Part shown: piece after piece, positions 39,820 through 49,507 of the stretch
How positions within the stretch are numbered: position 1 is the stretch's first letter
Layout: each line of letters begins with the position of its first letter
Origin: an uncultured Fimbriimonadaceae bacterium
GTDB lineage: Bacteria; Armatimonadota; UBA10988
DNA: 64,000 nt
Reading direction: 5' to 3'
Assembly (NCBI GenBank): GCA_964531735.1
Contig: CAZHGD010000010.1
Coordinates: 9,673-73,672, forward strand
Notes under the pieces: model-generated
The model's input: only the letters and a program-made list of their open reading frames with translations
Told to the model about the DNA's origin: nothing
Database searches by the model: none
Position numbers and translations under genes: made by a program

Positions 39820-41334
39820 ATGAAGCGCTGGTGGACAGTGGGCTGCGCGCTGGCGGTGGTGCTGGCGCACGCCGGTGGCGCGAGCGCCCAGGAGTTGCAG
39901 TTCGTCGAGCCGACCACGGGCGCCGTGCGCGGCGTGGTCAACGTGCGCGTCGACATGGGCGCCGGCTACCGACAGGGCTTCGTGGTCTTCTACCTGGGTG
40001 AGCCCGGCAAGGCCCTGCGGTTCCGCATCGCCACCATTGCCGACGCCGGCGGCCTGTTCGGCTTCGACTGGGACACCCAGAGCCGCACCAGCAAGGTGGC
40101 CGACGGCGAGTACCGCATCATGGCCATCGGCTACACCCAGACCGGCGAGGTGATCGGCCAGAAGGCGATCACGGTCGAGGTGCAGAACGAGGTACCGGCC
40201 TCGTCGCTGCCATCCAAGGGCATTCTGCTGGCGCACAACCTGACGATGGGCCGCGAATCGCGCTATGTGGCGCGCGTGCGGGTGCAGGTGATGCCCGGCG
40301 AAGGGGCCAAGGGCAACGACGTCAGCATGTTCAACGGCGGCGTGAACGCCTGGTGGCAGCAGCGCGTGCTGTGGTCGCAGCCCGACGGCCGAGCGCAGGT
40401 CCGCAGCAGCGTGTTCCACCTCTCCGAGCGGGGCGCGCGCGGGCGCAGCAACGCGATGCCGGACGCCAACGGCCGGTTCGTGTCGATGATGATGCGGTCG
40501 AACGGCGAGTTGGTGCGTCGGACCGAGCAGGCCAACATCAAGTTCCCGTTCGCCGAGATGGGCATCGACTTCCCGAAGAAGGAAACCAAGATCGGCGACA
40601 AGTGGCGCTCGCCCTTGCGGTTCATCCTCGACGGGCGGACCTACCGCATGGACACCGTGATGGCCGACCACACGTTGTCGACGGTCGAATGGCACGCCGG
40701 CTACCGCGCCGCGGTGGTCGACTCCGAGTTCACGGCCGGGCCGTACCGTCTGACGCTGAAGGGCGAGGACAAGGACAACGAGGAGTGGCTGGCCGAGGTG
40801 CTGATCACGGTGAAGGGCAAGCGGCGCACGTACTTCGCCTACCAGCCGGAGGTCGGGCGCGTGCTGCGCATCGATGAGCAGCAGGAGCAGCTCTGCTCGC
40901 TCGATCTGGAGGAAGAGCCGCCGCAACAGGCCGGTGGCATGGGTGGCCCCGGTGGCCCCGGCGGCCCCGGCGGCCCGGGTATGCCTGGGCCCGGTGGCCC
41001 CGGTATGCCTGGTCCTGGTGGCCCGGGTGTGGCGCCGGGAGCACCGAACCTGCCCGGCGGCGCCGCGCCGCCCGGAGCGGGTGCGCCGGGCTTGCCGGGC
41101 GCGGGCGCGGGCCTGGGTCAGCAGCAGCAGGCCGAGAAGCCGGCCGGGTTCGAGAAGGCCAGCACGTCGTTCCGACGGGCCAAGCCGAAGGACACGGCCA
41201 CGGCGGGCGTCGCGGCCCCGGGCTCGATGGGCGGCGCCGCCGCGCAGCCGCAGGAGCCACCGAAGGTCGACATTCTACGCTTCCGCCGCGAAGTGCAGAT
41301 GAACATCTCGCAGGATTTCCTCGACCCGCTCTGA
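39820..41334 (+). CDS. secreted hypothetical protein with C-terminal Gly/Pro-rich low-complexity tail
   Basis: Signal peptide MKRWWTVGCALAVVLAHAGGASAQE (AGGAGA SD). About 360-aa globular region, then GGMGGPGGPGGPGGPGMPGPGGPGMPGPGGPG... Confidence 0.6.
   Translation: MKRWWTVGCALAVVLAHAGGASAQELQFVEPTTGAVRGVVNVRVDMGAGYRQGFVVFYLGEPGKALRFRIATIADAGGLFGFDWDTQSRTSKVADGEYRIMAIGYTQTGEVIGQKAITVEVQNEVPASSLPSKGILLAHNLTMGRESRYVARVRVQVMPGEGAKGNDVSMFNGGVNAWWQQRVLWSQPDGRAQVRSSVFHLSERGARGRSNAMPDANGRFVSMMMRSNGELVRRTEQANIKFPFAEMGIDFPKKETKIGDKWRSPLRFILDGRTYRMDTVMADHTLSTVEWHAGYRAAVVDSEFTAGPYRLTLKGEDKDNEEWLAEVLITVKGKRRTYFAYQPEVGRVLRIDEQQEQLCSLDLEEEPPQQAGGMGGPGGPGGPGGPGMPGPGGPGMPGPGGPGVAPGAPNLPGGAAPPGAGAPGLPGAGAGLGQQQQAEKPAGFEKASTSFRRAKPKDTATAGVAAPGSMGGAAAQPQEPPKVDILRFRREVQMNISQDFLDPL
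40933..41120 (+). repeat. tandem GGN/CCN nucleotide repeats encoding a (G-G-P / G-M-P) low-complexity tail
   Basis: Visible as repeated ggtggccccggcggccccggcggcccgggtatgcctgggcccggtggccccggtatgcct... Confidence 0.6.
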
Positions 41335-41346
41335 GCGGGCACCGGC

Positions 41347-43191
41347 TCACTCGGGGTCGGTGTCCGGCGCGTCTTCGCCGCTGAGGTAGCGCTTGACCTT
41401 CTCGGCGGCCGGGCGGTTCATGCCCGGCAGCGCGGCCATCTCCGCGACGCTGGCGGCGCGGATCGCGTCGGTGCTCCGGAAGTGCGTCAACAGCAACGTG
41501 CGCCGCGCCGGCCCGATGCCCGGGATATCGTCCAGCACGCTCCGCAGGCTGTCACCTCGGCGGAGCCGCTGATGCAGCGTATTCGCGACGCGGTGGGCTT
41601 CGTCGCGCAAGGCGCGCAGCGCACGCAGCGCCGGTGACCGCGGTTCCAGCACAATCGGCTCGCTACGGTCGGGGCGGAACAGATGCTCGTGCTGCTTGGC
41701 CAAGGCGGCCAAGGGCAACTGCTGGCAGCCCAATGCGGCACAGACCGCCACCGCCACCGAGAGCTGTCCCTTGCCGCCGTCGACCACCAGCAGGTCGGGC
41801 AGCGGCAGGAACTTCGGATCGCCGGCCGCGGCCCGTTCCAGCCGACGCGTCAGCACCTCCTGCATCATGGCGTAGTCGTTCGGCGCGTCGTGCGGGTTGC
41901 GGATGCGGAACTGCCGGTAGGCCTTGCGCGCGGGCTTGCCGTCTTCCAGGACCACCATCGAGCCAACGCTGTGGCTGCCTTGCAGCGTGGCGATGTCGTA
42001 GCACTCGATGCGGAACGGGGTGCGTGGCAGGCCGAGCTGCTCGCGCAGGTCGACCACGGCCGCTTCGGCTCGCTGGCGCTGCTGATCCTGGTCGGTGAGG
42101 TAGCGGCGCAGCGATTCGGCGGCGTTCTCGCGAGCCAGGTCGACCAGGCGCCGGCGTTCGCCGCGCTCGCCAATCTCCACGTTGAGACGGCGGCCGGCCC
42201 GCTCGGAGAGCCACTCGGCAATGGCCTCAAGATCCTCGATGGGCGAGGAGATCAGCACTCGGCGAGGCAGCGAGTCGGCACCGGCGTACCAAGCCGTCAG
42301 GAAGGCGCGGAGCGGCACGCCGGCCAGGTCGTGGGCGGTGCCTTCGTAGACCGAGCGTTGGTCACCGATGACGCGGCCGCCGCGCACCTGGAACATCTGC
42401 ACGCAGCTCAGGTCGTCGTGCTGCGCGACGGCGAACACGTCGAGGTCGAGCGGTCGGGTGGAGACGACGCGCTGGTCGGCGCTGACACGCTGGATATCGT
42501 CAATCAGGTCGCGCAGCTTCGCGGCCTGTTCGAACTCTAATGATTCAGCCGCCTCCTGCATCTGCTCGGTCAGACCGGCCAGGATGCCGGCGGTGTCGCC
42601 GCGGAGGAAGGCGGCGGCGCGCTGCGCCTGCAGCGCATAGTCGGCGGCGCTGATCAGACCCGCGCACGGGGCTTGGCAGAGACCGATATGGTGGTCGAGG
42701 CAGGGCCGCATCAGCGGCTCGCCGGTCAGGTTGAGCGTGCACGAGCGCAGGTTGAACAGCCGGCGCAGCAGCTTGTCGGTGCGCCGCATCGCGCCGGCGT
42801 CGGTGTAGGGCCCGAAGTAACTGGCGCCATCGCGCTCCACGGCTCGGCACTCGACCAACTGGGGAAAGGCCTCGGCGGTCAGCTTGAGGAAGGGGAACTG
42901 CTTGTCGTCGCGCAGGCGGACGTTGTAGCGCGGCTGATGCTCCTTGACCAGGTTGGCCTCGAGCACCAGGGCTTCGACTTCGCTGGCGGTAACCTTGAAG
43001 TCGACTTCGGCGACTTTGGTGACGAGCAGGCGAATGCGGGGCGAGTGGTCGGCGCCGGGCTGGAAGTAGGAGCGGACTCGCGGGCGCAGCGAGGCGGCCT
43101 TGCCGACATAGAGGACGTGCCCCTGACGGTCCTTCATCAGGTAGACACCGGGCAAGGCCGGAACCGCGCTCAGATCGTCCGCCAGAGCCAT
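41347..43191 (-). CDS. uvrC: excinuclease ABC subunit C (UvrC)
   Basis: ORF 41347..43566 trimmed to ATG 43189-43191 (MALADDLSAVPALPGVYLMKDRQGHVLYVGKA, a GIY-YIG domain). UvrC homology throughout, including the C-terminal HhH. The upstream 125 aa are junk. Confidence 0.9.
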   Translation of the reverse strand: MALADDLSAVPALPGVYLMKDRQGHVLYVGKAASLRPRVRSYFQPGADHSPRIRLLVTKVAEVDFKVTASEVEALVLEANLVKEHQPRYNVRLRDDKQFPFLKLTAEAFPQLVECRAVERDGASYFGPYTDAGAMRRTDKLLRRLFNLRSCTLNLTGEPLMRPCLDHHIGLCQAPCAGLISAADYALQAQRAAAFLRGDTAGILAGLTEQMQEAAESLEFEQAAKLRDLIDDIQRVSADQRVVSTRPLDLDVFAVAQHDDLSCVQMFQVRGGRVIGDQRSVYEGTAHDLAGVPLRAFLTAWYAGADSLPRRVLISSPIEDLEAIAEWLSERAGRRLNVEIGERGERRRLVDLARENAAESLRRYLTDQDQQRQRAEAAVVDLREQLGLPRTPFRIECYDIATLQGSHSVGSMVVLEDGKPARKAYRQFRIRNPHDAPNDYAMMQEVLTRRLERAAAGDPKFLPLPDLLVVDGGKGQLSVAVAVCAALGCQQLPLAALAKQHEHLFRPDRSEPIVLEPRSPALRALRALRDEAHRVANTLHQRLRRGDSLRSVLDDIPGIGPARRTLLLTHFRSTDAIRAASVAEMAALPGMNRPAAEKVKRYLSGEDAPDTDPE

Positions 43192-43468
43192 GTTGCTGAT
43201 GCCTCGACCGTTGCTGCAACGGCCCTCCAGAGAGCGATTATGGCACGCTGGGACGACGCCCGGGGCGACTTGGAGGAAATGGAATCCTGTGCTAACCTGT
43301 GGCGTTGATCCCAGTAGGCAGCCGGCCTCGGGCGACCGAGGCGGCGAATCTGGTCGACGGCGCGGCAGGGGAACGGGCCGCCACAGCGAAGGGGGCGGGC
43401 GGCGCGGATGGTGACGGACCGGACGCGGCGGGTCGACGGACTCGCCGGAGCCGAAGGAGCGCGTGAGC

Positions 43469-44569
43469 ATGGCGATTAGGATGCTGGACGTCCCGGCGCA
43501 GTTGGCGCCGATACAGGACCAGCTCGAGGCGGCGGCAACGCGCGTCCTGCGCAAAGGCAATTTCATCCTGGGTGAGGAGGTCGAGGCGCTCGAGAATGAG
43601 CTGGCCTCCTTCTGCAGTGTCCGTTACGGGGTCGGGGTGGCCTCCGGCACCGATGCCTTGCTCCTGGCGCTGGCCGCCGCCGGCGTTGGCCCTGGCACCG
43701 ACGTCATCACCACGCCGTTCACCTACGTCGCCACCGTGCAGGCCATCACGCACCTGTCGGCGCGCCCGATCTTCGTGGACATCGACCCGCGCACGTTCAA
43801 CCTGGACCCGGAGCAGGTGAAGCGCGCGGTGACGCGTCGGACGCAGGCCATTGTGCCGGTGCATCTGTTCGGCCAGAGCGCCGAGATGGACCCGCTGACC
43901 GACCTGGCCGCTCGACGCGGGATCGCGGTCATCGAGGATGCAGCCCAGGCGGTCGGCGCCACGTATCATGGTCGCCGCGCGTGCAGCCTGGGGCACATGG
44001 GCTGTCTGAGCTTCTATCCGACCAAGAACCTCGGCGCCTGTGGCGACGGCGGCATGGTGTTGACCAACGACGAGGAACTGTATCAGCGGCTGCGTCTGCT
44101 GCGGGTCCATGGTCGCGCGAATGGGTACTTCTACCTGATTGACGGGTTCAACAGCCGTCTGGACGAGATCCAGGCCGCTTTCCTACGGGTCAAGATGCGC
44201 GGGCTGGCCGAGTACACCGTGGCTCGGCAGCGCAACGCGCGGCTGTACGACGCACTGCTCGGCAACCTGCCGCAAGTGCGTACGCCGTATGTCGAGCCGT
44301 ACAACGAGCACGTCTACCATCAGTACTGCGTCGTGGCCGAGCGCCGCGACGATCTCCGCGAGCACCTCAAGACGCACGGCATCGACTCGGCGGTCTACTA
44401 CCCGCTGCCTCTGCACCAACAGGACATCTACCGGCGGTACCGGCGGCGTCTGCCGGTGGCCGAGGAGACCTGCCAGCGCATTCTGGCCCTGCCGATTGCG
44501 CCCGAGGTGGTCAACGAGGACGGGGTGCGGACGGTCGCCGAGGCAGTGCGCGCGTTCTACAAGCAGTAA
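43469..44569 (+). CDS. DegT/DnrJ/EryC1/StrS family sugar aminotransferase
   Basis: Family signatures (GNFILGEEV, DVITTPFTYVAT, SFYPTKNLGACGDGG). Start ambiguous: GTG 43463, ATG 43469 (AAGGAG SD 9 nt upstream) or ATG 43481. Confidence 0.8.
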   Translation: MAIRMLDVPAQLAPIQDQLEAAATRVLRKGNFILGEEVEALENELASFCSVRYGVGVASGTDALLLALAAAGVGPGTDVITTPFTYVATVQAITHLSARPIFVDIDPRTFNLDPEQVKRAVTRRTQAIVPVHLFGQSAEMDPLTDLAARRGIAVIEDAAQAVGATYHGRRACSLGHMGCLSFYPTKNLGACGDGGMVLTNDEELYQRLRLLRVHGRANGYFYLIDGFNSRLDEIQAAFLRVKMRGLAEYTVARQRNARLYDALLGNLPQVRTPYVEPYNEHVYHQYCVVAERRDDLREHLKTHGIDSAVYYPLPLHQQDIYRRYRRRLPVAEETCQRILALPIAPEVVNEDGVRTVAEAVRAFYKQ

Positions 44570-44601
44570 CCGAGGCACGCCGAGGTGCCTGCCACACTTG
44601 A

Positions 44602-45945
<1,344 letters not shown>

Positions 45946-45966
45946 ACCGGTCCAGCCCGTCTGTTG

Positions 45967-46007
45967 CCGCCCCCACGACTGCCGTCGCGGGGGCGGTGTG
46001 CTTTGGG
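45967..46007 (+). terminator. intrinsic terminator after ahcY
   Basis: 13-bp GC stem with one A-C mismatch (CCGCCCCCACGAC tgcc GTCGCGGGGGCGG) followed by TGTGCTTTGGG, 22 nt after the stop. Confidence 0.5.
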
Positions 46008-46107
46008 ACGGCAGGATTCCGCTGCGGATGGCGAACCATCCATCCGCCCGTTGGCGGAACTTGGCGCGGGGAGCGGATTCACAATAGAGACAGGTGATAC
46101 GGCGGCT

Positions 46108-47991
46108 ATGCACAAGGGCTCTTCGCCAGTGGTGTTGGTGATTGAGGACGACAAGGCGCTCGGTCAGGCGCTGAGCAACCATCTGCGGTTCCGCGGCGAT
46201 GCGGTGGAGTCCGTTGGCACGGGTGGCGAAGGCCTGTCGCGCCTGCAGGCGGGCGGCGTGGACGTGGTCCTGTGCGACATCGGCCTGCCGGACATGTCCG
46301 GGCACGACGTTGTCAGACAGGCTCTGTCGGGTGCCGAGGCGAGCGCCGAGGGGCGGCCCGAGTTCGTCATGATGACGGCCAATCCGACGCTCGACAACGC
46401 CATCGCGTCACTCGAGCTCGGGGCCTTCCAGTTCGTCACCAAGCCACTGTCGATGCCGTTCCTGGAGGTCGTGATCGACCGCGCCCTGAGCTTCCGGGCG
46501 GCCCGGCGCGAATCGCGGCGGCTCCAGGAGGAGCAGGAAGCGCTGGTGCTCAGTGCGCTGGCCGATGTGACCGGCAACCTCGGTTTGGTGGGGGCGTTGG
46601 AATCGGTGCTGCGAGCGCTGCATGTGCTGCTGCGGCCGGCCCATGCGGCCATCTGGCTGGCCGACCCCGACGAAGGCAGTCTGCGCTGCGTCACCAGCCG
46701 CGACGACGCATCCGAGGCCCTGTCCAACGAGCACGAGATCATCGCGCGCGAGTGCTTCGGCGCCGAATGCCTGGTCTGCCGCGAGATCGACCGGATGCAC
46801 TACGGCGCCGCGCCGATCCAGGTGGACGACGCGACCGAAGGCGCCATCAGCATCGATTTCGACGACGAATGCCCCATTGACGACGGCAGTCGTGCGGAGC
46901 TGCTGACCACGCTGGCCCGGTTCGCCGGTAACGCCGTGCGCAAAGAGCGGCTCTACGCCGGCCTCGAACAGTCATCGATGCAGATCTCCTCGCTTTTCGA
47001 GGTGGGCCTGGCGATGAGTTCCGAGGTGTCGCTGCAGCGCCTGTTCGAGGTCATTGTGGACAGCGCGGCCCGGATCAGCGGCGCGGATCGTTGCAGCCTG
47101 ATGCTGATCGACCCCGGTCAGGAGACACTGCGGATGCGCGCGGCGGTGGGCATCCCGCCCGAAGTGGTGGCCAAGGCCGAAGCCCGGGTCGGCGAGGGCA
47201 TCGCCGGTACCGTGGCCAAGACCGGTGAGCCGCTGTTCATCTCGAACATCGAGCAGTCCGGCCGCTTCCAGCGCAAGAACGCCTCGGAGCGCTACAACAA
47301 CACGTCGCTGGTCTGCGTGCCGATCCGCATGCACAACCGCGTGGTCGGCGTGCTCAACGTCAACAACAAGCGCGATGGTACCAGCTTCAACGAGAACGAC
47401 CTCAACCTGCTCACGCTGCTGGCCAGCCAGGCCGCGGTGGCGCTCGACAACGCGCACCGCTACCAGGATCTGAGTGAGAAGGCCATCACCGACGGACTGA
47501 CCGGCGTCTACCTGCGCCGGTACTTCGACGAGTGCCTGGAACGCGCCGACCGCAACGCGCGCAGCACCGGGCGCGCGTTCTCGCTGCTGATGGTCGACAT
47601 CGACCACTTCAAGCGGGTCAACGACAACTACGGCCACCAGACTGGTGACGAGGCCCTGAAGGTCGTGGCCAACATCCTCAAGGGCCTCGTGCGCGACGAC
47701 GACCTGGTCTGCCGCTACGGCGGCGAGGAGTTCGTGATCATCCTGGCGCGCGCCGGCCGGGACGCGGCCCAGCGCGTGGCCGAACGCGTCCGCGCCACGG
47801 TCGAGGGCCACGAAGTGCGCACCACCGAGCACGCGCTGCGGATCACCGTCAGTATCGGCGTCGCCTCTTTCCGCAACGAGTTGCGCGCTCCCGAGGACCT
47901 GGTCAAGGCGGCCGACGAGGCGCTGTACGCGGCCAAGGAGACCGGGCGGAACCGGGTGGTGGTGGCGCCTGAGCCGTCCGAGGTCAGTTGA
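46108..47991 (+). CDS. response regulator REC - GAF - GGDEF diguanylate cyclase
   Basis: ORF trimmed to ATG 46108. REC domain (VLVIEDDKALG...VLCDIGLPDMSG); GAF-like segments; GGDEF active site (RYGGEEFVIIL) with I-site-compatible context. Confidence 0.8.
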   Translation: MHKGSSPVVLVIEDDKALGQALSNHLRFRGDAVESVGTGGEGLSRLQAGGVDVVLCDIGLPDMSGHDVVRQALSGAEASAEGRPEFVMMTANPTLDNAIASLELGAFQFVTKPLSMPFLEVVIDRALSFRAARRESRRLQEEQEALVLSALADVTGNLGLVGALESVLRALHVLLRPAHAAIWLADPDEGSLRCVTSRDDASEALSNEHEIIARECFGAECLVCREIDRMHYGAAPIQVDDATEGAISIDFDDECPIDDGSRAELLTTLARFAGNAVRKERLYAGLEQSSMQISSLFEVGLAMSSEVSLQRLFEVIVDSAARISGADRCSLMLIDPGQETLRMRAAVGIPPEVVAKAEARVGEGIAGTVAKTGEPLFISNIEQSGRFQRKNASERYNNTSLVCVPIRMHNRVVGVLNVNNKRDGTSFNENDLNLLTLLASQAAVALDNAHRYQDLSEKAITDGLTGVYLRRYFDECLERADRNARSTGRAFSLLMVDIDHFKRVNDNYGHQTGDEALKVVANILKGLVRDDDLVCRYGGEEFVIILARAGRDAAQRVAERVRATVEGHEVRTTEHALRITVSIGVASFRNELRAPEDLVKAADEALYAAKETGRNRVVVAPEPSEVS

Positions 47992-48017
47992 CAACCGGGT
48001 CTGCTTTGTCCTAGGAT
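47988..48017 (+). promoter_or_regulatory. sigma70-like promoter for the sigma-54 activator gene, overlapping the upstream stop codon
   Basis: TTGACA (47988-47993, overlapping stop TGA 47989-47991), 18 nt, TAGGAT (48012-48017). Confidence 0.3.
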
Positions 48018-48054
48018 CGCCAGCGTCTGGACCGCTACCAACGGGGCCCGCCGC

Positions 48055-49497
48055 ATGTCCGAGACCACCAGTGTCCGGTTGGACGGAGTTCGTGTCCTGA
48101 TCGTGGACGACGAACCCAACATGCTGCGGGTCACCCGCCGCATCCTGCACCGTCGCGGCGCCAGCGTGGAGAGCGCCACCAACGGCCTCGAGGCGCTGGA
48201 CGTGCTCACCCAGTACCCGGCGGACATCATCCTGACCGACCTGATGATGCCGGTCATGGATGGTCTCGAGTTGCTCAAGCAGGTGCGGGCTCGCGACCTG
48301 GATGCCGTGGTGCTGGTACTGACCGGCCATGGCACCATGGAGACCGCCATCGAGGCGATGCGGTTGGGCGCGCGTGACTACCTGCTCAAACCCTACGATC
48401 CGGAAGCGTTTATCCTGGTCTGCCACCGCGAGATCGAAGCCGAGCGCGTGCGGCGCGAGAACCTGCGCCTGAAGGCGGCGGTGTCCAGCCTGTCGCAGCG
48501 GCTGGAGCGCTTGGAGAGCTTCGGCGAGATGGTGGGCGACAGCCGGCCGATGCAGGCGGTCTACCAGCAGATCCAGCGCCTGTGCCGGTTCCACGACATG
48601 ACCGTGCTGATCACCGGGGAGACCGGCACCGGCAAGGAGCTGGTCGCCCGGGCGCTGCACCGCGGCAGCCCGCGCGCGGCACACCCGTTCGTGGCCCTCA
48701 ACTGCGCGGCCATCCCCGAGGACCTGCAGGAGTCGCAGCTCTTCGGCCACAAGAAGGGCTCGTTCACCGGCGCCACCGAGGACTACGTGGGGGCGTTTGA
48801 GGCGGCGCACCAGGGCACGCTGCTGCTGGACGAAGTGGGCGAGATGCGGCCCGAGTTGCAGGCCAAGCTGCTCCGCGCGCTGGAAGAGAAGGCCATCACG
48901 CCGCTGGGCAAGCACCAGCCGGTCACCGTCGACGTGCGCGTGGTGGCGGCGACCAACCGCGACCTGGCGCAGGCGGTGACGGCCGGCGAGTTCCGAGCCG
49001 ACCTGTACAACCGGCTGGAAGGGGCGGTCATCGAGCTGCCGCCGCTCCGCGTGCGGCCCGACGACATTGCGGCGCTGGCCCGGCACTTCCTCGACCGGAT
49101 CGCCACCGACTACGGCATGGAACCGCGCACCCTCAGTGACGATGCCGTCGCGGTGCTCCGGGCCCACCGCTGGCCGGGCAATGTCCGCGAGTTGCAGAAC
49201 GTCATCCGCCGGGCGTTCGTCTTCTCCGATGCCGACATCGTCACGGCCGAAGACATCCGGATCGTCACGCCGACGGCGACGGCGCCAGTGGTGTCGGCGC
49301 CGGCGGCCATGGCCGCGCCCGATCCGGCCGCGCTGCTGGCCAGTGACGGCGATCTGGGCGTCTACGACGAGCGCGAGCGCGACCTGATCGCCCAGGCGCT
49401 CCGCCAGGCCGGCGGCAACAAGTCCCGTGCCGCCGAGTTGCTGGGCATCGACCGCAAGCGCCTCTACCGGCGCCTGGCCAAGTACGGGCTGGGCTGA
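48055..49497 (+). CDS. sigma-54-dependent NtrC-family response regulator (REC - AAA+ - Fis HTH)
   Basis: Walker A GETGTGKE; [15 protein letters not shown] (GAFTGA-type motif); C-terminal HTH ([20 protein letters not shown]). Confidence 0.85.
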   Translation: MSETTSVRLDGVRVLIVDDEPNMLRVTRRILHRRGASVESATNGLEALDVLTQYPADIILTDLMMPVMDGLELLKQVRARDLDAVVLVLTGHGTMETAIEAMRLGARDYLLKPYDPEAFILVCHREIEAERVRRENLRLKAAVSSLSQRLERLESFGEMVGDSRPMQAVYQQIQRLCRFHDMTVLITGETGTGKELVARALHRGSPRAAHPFVALNCAAIPEDLQESQLFGHKKGSFTGATEDYVGAFEAAHQGTLLLDEVGEMRPELQAKLLRALEEKAITPLGKHQPVTVDVRVVAATNRDLAQAVTAGEFRADLYNRLEGAVIELPPLRVRPDDIAALARHFLDRIATDYGMEPRTLSDDAVAVLRAHRWPGNVRELQNVIRRAFVFSDADIVTAEDIRIVTPTATAPVVSAPAAMAAPDPAALLASDGDLGVYDERERDLIAQALRQAGGNKSRAAELLGIDRKRLYRRLAKYGLG

Positions 49498-49507
49498 GCC
49501 GCCACGG

